This document shows, one piece after another, positions 42,501-53,200 of a DNA stretch of 64,000 bases (its first letter is position 1; every line of letters starts with the position of its first letter). The notes below the pieces were generated by a model that did no database searches, was not told the origin of the DNA, and saw only the letters and a program-made list of their open reading frames with translations. The DNA comes from Orbicella franksi (Eukaryota): contig OZ116705.1 of assembly GCA_964199315.1 (NCBI GenBank), positions 13,268,001 through 13,332,000 on the forward strand, in the 5' to 3' direction. The position numbers and the translations under genes are program-made.

Positions 42501-44154
42501 TTCCTGCCCTGTTCGATGTTGTCTTGGAAAGTGCCCATTCATTTGCCTGGAAAACTGTCAGCCATCCTGTCCTAAAACATGCTGTCATCTTCCTGGGGCT
42601 AAACACCTGATTCCAATGATGGACCCTCAGGTTCAAGAGAACTTCATGAAAACTATGGCAGAAAAGTTTTGCCCTAGAGCCTGTAAGGCAAAGTGTAATC
42701 CAAACTGCCCGCCAATCTGCTGTGAAGTTAATTCCACTCATCCTGCAACTTCAGAAAGTGTAGATCTTCAGAAACTAAAGGGCGAGAGCAAGAATAGTGC
42801 CGATTTCTTCAGAAATGCAATGAGCTGGTTTGGTATGATGAACTTTTTGAATATGATGTACAACATGTATGGTAATCTGTATGGTACCAAACATTTCGCC
42901 AAATTTCCTGTCAAAGCAAACGATCATAAACTAAAAACAGTTAGCCCTACAAAGCCTAAGACCGTACGCACAGAAAACCACTTTAATATCAAGGAGGTTG
43001 GTGTTGCGGAAAGTCACAACAAAGCAAATGATCTCTGTCCAGATTATTGCAACAAGTCGTGTCTACATATTTGTCCCATGAAATGTTGCCGCGACAAATC
43101 TGAGGGAAAGACGTTAATCAAAGTAGGAAATCCGTTGAAATGCCAACCATCATGTGCGTTGTACTGCTCTAAAACCTGTCCTCCGCTTTGTTGCTCAAAA
43201 AATACCACTTCATCATTAGCAGATCACAATCCAACAGAGCAAATCAAAATTGCAAAGCCTTCACCAGTATCTCAACCTCCTAGAACTCAGGCTCTAGCTA
43301 CCTCTTTACCTAAGCCTCCTGCTGCCTGTACACCCATTTGTCCAGCCTATTGCTATCCAAACTGCTTGGAAAGCTGTTGTCAGAGGGGAGAAGTGACTTC
43401 TAGAAAACTATCACAACAACCAGTAGCACCCGATAAAGCCAAACAGTCATACAACAATTTCTTTGCTAAGGAACCTCCTCTCACCAACCAAGATTGCCCG
43501 TCCGTTTGCCGACGCGACTGCGGGCCATCGTGTCCTTTGCGATGTTGTGGTCGAACGGTGATATCATCAACACCAACACGTTTGGTAGCTACTCGTCCAT
43601 CAATTAATTCACCCCTTTGCCCCGGTGGTTGTGCTTCTGAATGCTTTCCTGCTTGCACGATAAGTTGCTGTAGAGCTGGCTTTAAAAAGGAACATTCGAA
43701 CGCAAACGTTCCAGCAGTTAGTCCAACAAGAAGAGAGCGACAACCGGGTCCAAATCCTCCTTCGTTTCCTCTTCCTCCTCCAGCAGCTGTTTGCCATTCT
43801 GGTTGTTCACGATCTTGTTATCCAAATTGCGACGAGACATGCTGCAGAGCTTATTCAGAGCGTGCTTCTGGATTGTCTGATCTTAACAAGTCGGCTGTCT
43901 CTTCCCATTTTACCATTAAAGTACCATGTCCGTCTGAATGTAGGCCTTTTAACTGCCTTTACTATTGTCATCATGACTGTTGTTTACCACGAAGCAATAC
44001 AGCGGAACTGAAAAAACGTCGCTACCAAGACCAAAGGAAATACTTAAGTGACATGAGAAAGGTAAAAGCACCAGCAAAACCAATGCTGGATAAAAGTACT
44101 GGTGGTCGAATTAGTAACAGGAGGACAGTGATTCATAAGAGACCGACACACTAG
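37645..44154 (+). CDS. Gene D: secreted Gln/Gly-rich protein with one EGF-like domain and 11 minicollagen/NOWA-type cysteine-rich domains (about 1349 aa)
   Basis: Exon 1 is 37645-39529 (signal MKVFRYFEPVFLLCVFQLLAEYPCQG, donor GGCAG|GTAAA). Exon 2 is 40983-41093 (ECKECHYNAKC...CVCKTGYTGDGFDC). Exon 3 is 42101-44154 (acceptor ATACACAG|, stop TAG). Phase-1 junctions join the two long listed ORFs (37645 and 42016) in frame. Confidence 0.85.
41177..41337. mobile_element. Short MITE in gene D intron 2
   Basis: AGGCTGGTTTTCACT at the left end and AGTGAAAACCAGACCT at the right end, with TAA/TTA flanks. Confidence 0.6.
42101..44154 (+). CDS. Gene D terminal exon: array of 11 CxxxCxxxCxxxCxxxCC domains
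   Basis: Ten exact motifs (e.g. CPLQCATRCHDRCPPNCC, CPAQCKSECRDSCPVRCC, CPSVCRRDCGPSCPLRCC) plus one variant with an extra residue (CPSECRPFNCLYYCHHDCC). This spacing is the cnidarian minicollagen/NOWA CRD signature. Confidence 0.92.
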
Positions 44155-44872
44155 ATGTGATCTGTTTGTAGTTATAGTGTTAGGAAAAAGTTTTCCCTCC
44201 GACTAGAACGATTCCGTGGGTATTGATAATCCCTGCAATCCCAAAGATAATTGCCATTGCCGGAGTCATAACCGACTTAAGGCCTGAAGAGATCACCAAG
44301 CTTGGTATCAACATATAGCGGCCAAATGTTTTGGGAACGAGAAAATATCCTTGATCCCGTAGCAATCAATACGAAAAACGCAAGTGAAAATTCACTAATT
44401 CCTTTGATCTCGTTTGCGGCGAATGTAGAAAAATAATTATATTATATATCCTTTTGCATACCAATCTCGACTTTGATGTTTTGGGTAAAATTAAAAGAGA
44501 AATAGTTACTACAAATTTCAGGAGTTTTTTCATGCAAATACCTAACCAAATTGATTTTATCAATTAGAATTAATATATATAATCATCAATTAATAGAAAT
44601 GCGCATACCAGATGACTAGTGTAGTCCTGAGGGCGGATAATTACCTTACACCATTCATGGACTGAAAATGACTCGCAGCAAGATCAAAGTGCAACCAATA
44701 GGCGCAATTCTAATATATGCCATTAGCTGCAGGTCTTTGATAAGCTACACGTATGCTATGTATGCATGCCAATTATACAACGAACAAAAATGTGAATCAG
44801 ATAGATAGAGAAAATTATGAAATGGTAATTTATTTATAAAAGAAGTCTTGATTCTTTGTTACGCGTCCTTAA

Positions 44873-46089
44873 CCCTCAGACGTACAGGGTTGATCCTGCA
44901 TTCTCTGCGGAAATCTTGATATGTCAGTTGCGTGTCCATCAATTTTGACGTTGCAATGGCAACCATCAAATTTCACGTAGGTCTGACCAAAGATCAGCTT
45001 TTTTAAAAGAAAGACAATTACTTAACTCTAAGGGGCTGAAAATTCCAGTAGCTGTTCCTTCATTCACTGTGGAAATCTTGATATGTTAATTGTGTGTCCA
45101 TCATTTTTGACGTTGCCATGGCAGCCATCAAATTTCACGTAGGTCTGACCAAAACTCAGCTTTTCGAGATAATACTGTATTACCAGGTATTCATGAATTT
45201 GTACATTTTACAAGCATTCTAACTTGATTTTGTTTTAATTTCGATTAATTCTACGTATATTTTTTGTCAACGCGGATAAAAACCTTGAACTAAGTTTAGA
45301 CTTCGAATTCAGCCTCTAACGTGCAAGTTTTCCATACGAAATTCGTCTCCAAAGAAGCCCAAAATTCGAACATCGTTGCTATCATTTTGAACAGTACTCA
45401 GCAACCAGGCCGCGTTTTCGTGACGTCATTCCGTCCAAAAGATTTTGTCCTAATGGCTTCCGAAGAGCCTTTTAACCTTCACTCTGGGTTATGGCTGCTC
45501 TTGAGCCATAATATTTTGAGTCAAACATGCTCCAAACTCCGAAATGATAGCATTGAAGATAGTGAAGTGGATAATCGCTTGGAAAAAAAGATTTAGCTGA
45601 ACTTGTGAAGGATGCCAAGCCAGTTGCAGGTTTTTCTTTTTTCTGCCAATTTCGAGTTGGACGGAATAACGTCACATAAACACAGCCAGGCTGCCAACAC
45701 AGTTTCAAAATGGCGGCCTCCGAAGTCACTTCTTTCGAGACGAATTTCTTCAGGACAGCGGGCACTGCAGAGGCTGAAACTTAGGTGAATGGAAAAGCTG
45801 CAAGTTTACTTGCTATAGGCGAAGACAAAATGAGAGTGACCTTCTCCTTTAATTTAAAAAATAAAGTAGTGAAATCCAAGATGGCGCATCAAATTACGTC
45901 ATTTGACGTCATATGACGTAATTATCAATAAAAAATGGAATCATCTTGTAGAGCAATCTCAGGGTTATCTAATCAGTGTAAATTTATTTCGCTTTGCCTT
46001 AACAGAACGAAAACCCAGATGGAGGTTCCATCCACCCCACTCCCCTTGTACCATTGTGAGGGGTATGAGTTATCTTGTACGTCCGAGGG
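44873..46089. mobile_element. Non-autonomous piggyBac-like DNA transposon (1217 bp)
   Basis: TTAA at 44869-44872 and at 46090-46093 flank terminal inverted repeats CCCTCAGACGTACA and TGTACGTCCGAGGG (1 mismatch). There is no transposase ORF. Confidence 0.8.
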
Positions 46090-49000
46090 TTAACATTTCA
46101 GCCTCTCTTATCGTCTAACTTCGCCAATCCGTACCCTGATTGGGAAAGTGCCCACCACAATGCAACTATATGTGCTGCGAAAAAAAAGTGTATTGGATCT
46201 TTTCGTTTTGGTACCATGCATAAAACTCCCCAATTGTTAGCCAGCGTCTTATTTTAAAATTGTAATCCACCGGGACAATGTTCAAATCGTCAGAAAAAGG
46301 ACCTTGTTCCCTTGAGCAAATCCAATGCTTCATCCGTTTCGCGCCTGTACATTTAAGATATATACATATTGGTATCATTGCAGAATTCAAGTTAAGTATA
46401 ATTAAATTCTAATCGTTAATTCTCAGATCTCGGTGTCTCCTTTTCTAACAATAACAAATGAATGATCTTGAACCGGTTCGGGGGCACAATATGTGGAATT
46501 TAAAATGCAAATTATTTCCAATTGTGCGATGTCTCACTCCTAAAGCTACTCACAACTGTTACAATTCTCATTTAATAGAGAACCAAGTACTTCAGATCAT
46601 AAGATAAATTAAACTCATAAACGACTGCTACAACCCGTGGAATGCAATAACGAAGAAACGGTATTGTTAGCAAAATGTTTTAAAACACACTCTGACTCGA
46701 CACCACATTAAGGAGTTGTAAATGTGTCAAGAAAACGACAAAGATGACAGTCATATGAAGAATAACCTTATTTATTAAAAAAAGCAAAGTGAATTCCAAT
46801 TTCAAACCAATATTTCAATCAGTTTTGACATTGCCAACCCTTTCTTTTTTCTGAAGTAACATGATTTTGCTAATTATGACTGGGTATCGTATTGTAATAT
46901 TGCTATAGACTCCAAAAACTAAGAGGAATTTTTAGTGGGATGGAAACTGCCCATTGACTTCTTGTTCCATCTCAGTAGCCATAACAAGAACCTGTGGTTC
47001 CACGTCACTAGGCATGGGCAGTAACTGGTTATATGGAATAATCGCACATTTGAAACACAGGATGCAAGAGTGTGGTATCTTCTTTGATCTTCTTAATACA
47101 TTTGTCTTTCTTTTTTTTTTTTTTTTGATGGCAGAGAATCTTTTTAACCAGGATTAAAGAGAGCCCCAGAACTGTTGTAGCAATGTGGTAAAAGTAATTC
47201 ATAAAGCACTCTTTGTTCCTCTATTAGAAATTTTAAGCCGTCGATGATATACAACAGTCATGTTTACAGGAAACTAAATATAATTTGGAAAACAAAAGCG
47301 TCAAGGTCATTTTAACAGCGTTGGGTTTTGTGACCTGAGGTTCTGCGATTGTATACCTGCACATTTGTACGAGACACTTGTAAACGCTTGACAGCACCTT
47401 AATTGCGTCGTTGAAAGATTTCTTTGACGCTCCGTTAAACAAGCAAGCCATCCATGAAATGACTTTGAAAAGTCAAAGAGTACTCATTGAATTTTATACC
47501 CCCCCCCCCCCCGTATACCCCATTCCGAAGTCTTAGGAACCCTTCTTCAGTATCACATTGCAGGATGACAAAATGTTTTTTTCAAATTTCTGGCATTTTG
47601 CCAAGAATCACACACGCAAGACCAGTGTTTTTAGAAGAAAAATGGTCAATTCTTGGTTTGTCCGTTTGTTCACACTAACTGGAAAGCATTGTTATAGTCC
47701 TTTAGCAAATGCAAAGCCAAGGGGACACATCTGCACTCCAAAACGTACCTATTTCCAAGATAATGAAGTAATTCACACCAATAATCTCTTCTTAGAATGG
47801 CGCGTAATGGAAGTACGTGTACAAGTTAGTCATTAATGTATTTCCGGGGTTCAAATAACCCGACTGGAAGGGATAACAATTCTTATAACTATTAAATAAT
47901 AGTGTATCCTTAAATGAAACAAACAAACAAAAAAATGATTCTATCTGTATTTAAATTTCAGTTCGAGTGGGAGAATTAAATTACCTCTTAGCTGCCCGGA
48001 GCTCTTTTTTGGCGGCGCTTCTCGGAATATCGACGCATACTGGACGCCAGAAGGAAATAGGAAACGTGTCTGTCTTAGCAGACTTCAAACAAAAGGCAGA
48101 GTGAAGATAACAGCTATAACCACCATTGACAGTTTATCAACCAGTAATAATGTCAAAGTTCAGTAAAGCAGTTTTTAATGTTAATCTAACGAACGCCTTC
48201 TTTTTGCAAAGTGCCATGATTTGCTGAGTGAATGAGACTAAAATGAAATGATACCTGGATAGATCTTTACTAAATATTAATCACTACGCTATTGGTTTCA
48301 ACAACAAAGAGGTTCTGGTGTCTCAGAGTTTTTTCGCTTGGGTGCGTTTTAATTAAATGGCATATTCTTGCTGAGTTATAGTATCATTGTAATTATTGAC
48401 CTCTTGTTTCACTTCAGTGAACACGACAATGACCTACGGGTCCACACCACCTGGAAATTGACTGATTACTACAGATAATCGCAAGTTAAAAAAAAAACTT
48501 CAAGCACATAGGTTGTATTTTTCATTATCTTTTTACCTCGCTGTTTTTGCTTTGTGTATTTTATTCCTTTTTTCTAGCATATTTTTCTTTTTTATTTGAG
48601 TTTTTTCAGCAAAATAAAAGTTGAAAGTGTTTCGGTTGCTTGATTCTTTGTCAGTCCTTTTATCCTAAGTAGGACCCTTCATACCATTATGTGAGACTTA
48701 AATGAGTGCCGGGAAAAATGTTGGTGCAAATATATAGAACTCAACTTGTTATGCGCGGCCATTCCAGGAAGATTGCCCTGTGTCCCAGCCGGAGATGAGG
48801 ACGGGTGAGAGCGAGTGCTTCCGGAAAGAGTAGCTATCGACGCTTTCCCCAAATGAGGAAGTCGGCAATGCGGTCGGCCTCAGTTATTGGGAATTGTCTG
48901 TATATACGCAAGCACAGCGCGACATTTGCGTGTTTATTATCTGTAACGAATTCTTATAAATTTTTCTTAGTTCTCAAACTATTTTAAGCTCAAAAAAGAC

Positions 49001-50273
49001 AATTTCCATAGCGTGTGATCTAACAATTACAAGTGCTTGAGAAGTTAAGTGGGATGAAAGTTCACGCCAATTGTGATCTAAAATGCTGTATGGCACTTTT
49101 ATTAGCGTGTCATTCTTTTCAACTGTTTTATTTATTTTGATCTTCAGCCATTTCTGTTAGATTCTGGTTCACTATAGCAACGAAACATTTCAATTCATTT
49201 AAAATACATCTTTTTAACACAGTAATTATCCCCATGGAAATATTTCCCACTGTATATGGCAGTTTATATTTTATCTAAGAGAGTACTTCCTAGTTTGTTA
49301 TTTGCTTGTTTGTTTGCTCTAAATTTTTTTGTGTTTTCCCCTTAGGCAAAAAACCAATTTCTGTAGAAATTACCATCGCAGTTCGGCTTTGACTTCTTCA
49401 AGTATTAGGTTAAAGGGAATATAGACAGTCAATTGAGCAAGCAAAATACCTGTGAAAACAATTGACCGTCATTTCGCAAATCGGTTTTTTGAACCTCTGT
49501 TTCGCCTTTCTTTAGCGATTTGGTACAATTCTGAAACTGCTATGAGAAAAATAATGTGACTATTTATTTCTCTTGAAGCGCTCGAATGCAGGCATTTTCG
49601 GGAGAGTAAACTGGGTGCCTTTAGCAGTATTTGATGTAACTCAAAACCGTATCGTTATGCCTTTTAGGGAAACACGAACCGAAGTGGAACAAATTTAAAA
49701 TCAAATATGCGTTTCCGGAGATAACGAAATATTCACAAACTAACAATTATGGCGCAAACGAATTAAAGGCTGAAATAAAGAACTTTTTTTTCATTTATGA
49801 AAGCTAAAGTTGTCTAGACATTGCGATACGATGGCGCATAGTTTTCTAAAGACCCCCTGGCTTCGTAATTTGACCAGGGCAATTGCGAAGACTGAACTGG
49901 GCTTGACCGGAATATGGCAGGTTGAGACAGGTGCTGCCGTGTGAAAGTTTGTACAAAATATTAAGATGGAAAACTGCCCAAAATCGGTTTTCACTTCCCT
50001 CCTTCGAAACAATTGTCGAAAGGGATTGCTAACGAAGTAGTTTTAAGGAAATGAAAGCAAAACAACTCATGGAACCTCTGTTTTACGTCATTCAAGAGGC
50101 ATTTGTTCTTAGATGATGTAACCAAAGACTAGTCTTTAATTTATTATTACTGGAACCAGAATAGCATCGGTGTGACTAATGTAGGCGTCGCTTTTGTATT
50201 TTCGAGTTTCTTCGACCAAGAAATATGGGTTAAACCAAGGCAAATAATGTGGATTTGGATATGATCGGCGACG

Positions 50274-53200
50274 ATGTTCCAAGACCTGGTCCGTCTCTTG
50301 CTTGTGGTTGTTTTCATTATTTTTGTTCAACAAGGAAGTGCGCGAGATGCTAAACAAAAACATGGCGGCGAAAATAATTCTGCGAAAACAACAAACATCC
50401 CTAAAAACAAGACTCTACACGATAATAACAAGTTCGATAAGAACGCAACAATTCCCAGCAAACGTCTCGGCAAAACGCGGAAAAATCGTGGCTTATCACT
50501 GGCTGCTTTAGCAGGACTTGATCGCGCGGCTCTTGGACTTAACCCTCTGACTGTGCCTTACGGGACAAGGCTCGCGTCCCTAGGCTATCAGCAAGCTCCT
50601 ACTTTGCAACAGCTTCCACAGTACCGAGGGTTAGTCCCGGCCACGGGTGGATTAGTTCAAAACGCTGCAGCGTTGAGGTTACCATATGGACTTCAGCTAG
50701 CCAGGATTTTACCCGTCTTGAATCTTTATCGAAATCGATTGCAATTGCCTGGTCGGTTGCAATTGCCTGGTAATGGAGAAAGCATGGCTACCGATGTTCA
50801 TGTCTACAAAGGTCCTAACCGATTAAAATATGATTCGATTCCACTGAAGCCCGACCTCGAGCAACAGGCGTTAATGAGTAATGGACTCAATCTACCAGCT
50901 TTGCTCCAGTTAAATTCCGCCGGGGATCAGGGTCTGAATGACATGTCAGATGAAAGCGAAGCTGACCTAGAGGAGTTAGGTATGTCATTTCCTTCAAGTT
51001 GTTATTATAACATTCATTTCAAGTGTATAATCTTTGTTTCGACCAATAACTCGGTTTTGTTTCGGCATTTCATCTTCGCAAGATGAGACCATTTGCCGTT
51101 ATTATTAATTAGGTACTTGAGATTTTAAAATATTCAACTGCGCTAAGCGTTGAGCTGGAGAGTGTTTTTCTTTAAAATTATTCTTCAAACATTTGCTTTC
51201 CAATCTACTAATTGAAAAAAGCCACCTTATTAATTCTTTGGTTACATATTTCCTCAACTCCAATACAGCTGCACTTGACAACTCGGACGAGAACCGTTAA
51301 TTGCCTCAATTGCATCGAAGTCAAATTGACTGCTAAAGTCCTCTTACAAAATGTCCTTTGAAGATTTCGCTTACGGACTTCAAGACGATCGCACATAGGA
51401 ACACCATCAACGTATAAAGTTAACTCGGCAAATTCTATTTAGTTCGTGACTGCGTACTTGGCGTTCAAAAATTTCGCAACATTAATGCCTAACTCAGCGA
51501 TGTCGGAGAGTCATTCTCTAGCAATTGGTAAACCTTCCAGTCTAGGGGACATTTAAAATATTCAGTTCAGTGTGATGTTTAATAGCTTTTTCATTTAGAC
51601 AATTAACATTTACCCATGTACCAGTAGTCAATTTACTTTATTGGGTTACAACATTTAATCCCCCTTGGCTTACATGTAAGAATATGTTTAGTGATTGTGG
51701 AGCTTCCACGAGATAATATAGTCGTGAATTTTTTTTTCACCATGCGGTCGATTCTGTATTCCTGTAAAATCTATAATTTTGCAAATCAGCTAAGACAGAC
51801 TGTTTCCGTGTCTGATTCCGTCGCTAAGGGTTTTCATCTCATTTGATCTTAGTTTCATTTAATTTACACTCATGCAGTGGTCTCTTTATTCCCAGCTCTA
51901 AAAATAATATAGTCAAAACGCTCCGTATCAATCTTGGCCTTTATATTTAGGTGAGAAATTATACTGTTTTCGCATAAATATTCTTACGATGAAGATTATT
52001 TTGTCTAGATGGTTACGTCATTTCGAAAACACAGCAAATTTTAGACGGTTGTGAAGCATTACAACTAATCACTACAGCACCAGCAAAATTGCGATGGAAA
52101 CTGTTACGGGTGACTGCTTGTACATTATTTCACTTCCTTCTAAGATGATCCTCTTGTTATGGTACAAAATTTCTAGTTTTTGTTCATGTTCGACAAGTAA
52201 CTGTGAATATATGCTGGTCATGAAACGGCGTTTCGCTAATTGACGGTATTTAATGTACTTAGTCGCGTTAATTTGTCTCGCCTCGGTGGCATATCACGCT
52301 TCGCTTTGTGTCACCATTGTCCATGGCCAAACCAAACCAAGCATCCCAAAATTGCTGTATTAGGTCAAAATGTGTCAGGTTCAATGCTCCGCCCATTTCG
52401 ATATGGTTTTGCACTCGATATTTTTGTTTTTTGCAGTTAGGAAATGAATTATTTCAGGTTAGACTTCCTATTAAATTACCATAAGTGCTGTTGTTGTGAG
52501 TGTAGCGAAACAACCGTTGAATTTTATCGCTTTTGCAATCGGTAGTGGAGATACATTACATGCGTAGTGCAACAGGTAGTACTTTTGGCGCGAAAATTGG
52601 GTGACTTCTTTTCTTTTAACATCTCTCAATTTACGCTCGATGAGAATCCGATCCAACTTAAGCTTTTTCGATGCAAGCTTTATTTTGTTATTGCGTTGTT
52701 TGAAAAAAAAAAAAAAAATCAGAGATGTTGTGAAACGTGTGTCCTTTTGGTCAAAATGTCCGCGAAATTGTAGAATTAGTAGGATTAGCAGCGGCCGGAT
52801 TCAAAGAGGTGTTTCAGAGTTTATAGATTACCGTCCACACTAATCCGTCTAGCAAACGGTGCTTTTCGAAAACGCTTTTCAAACCGGAGTAATTTAAATA
52901 CGCCGGCTTCAGTTTTCAGTGTACATGTGAGCGGAAAACAGTTTGAACATTTTGAAAACAGAGCTTTTCGAAAACGATGACATCACAATACTCATGTGAT
53001 TTCATTGCCCGAGTTTTCCTCAAAAACAAATACAAAATGACCGGTAGTTGTTACGTTTTCAAATTTCTCCGGCGTAGTGTGGACGGAAAACATTCGATGC
53101 ATTTTCAGAGTGAAAACACCGTTTTCAGATTTCTCCGGATTAGTGTGGACGGGGCCAAGATGTTTCTAAGTATTGTTCGAGGATTAAAGCCTGTTGTTAT

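Noticed and set aside
45321-45765. Two antisense ORFs with similar translations (KFVSKE...QPG...FRP)
   Set aside because: They are explained by the internal inverted repeat of the piggyBac-like element.
46940-47460. Coding-looking patches between genes D and E
   Set aside because: Short frames with no recognisable motif or consistent splice pattern. They may be transposon debris but cannot be supported.
51374-51434. Possible minus-strand phase-1 exon ([15 protein letters not shown]...) inside gene E intron 1
   Set aside because: The acceptor lacks a pyrimidine tract and no partner exons were found.
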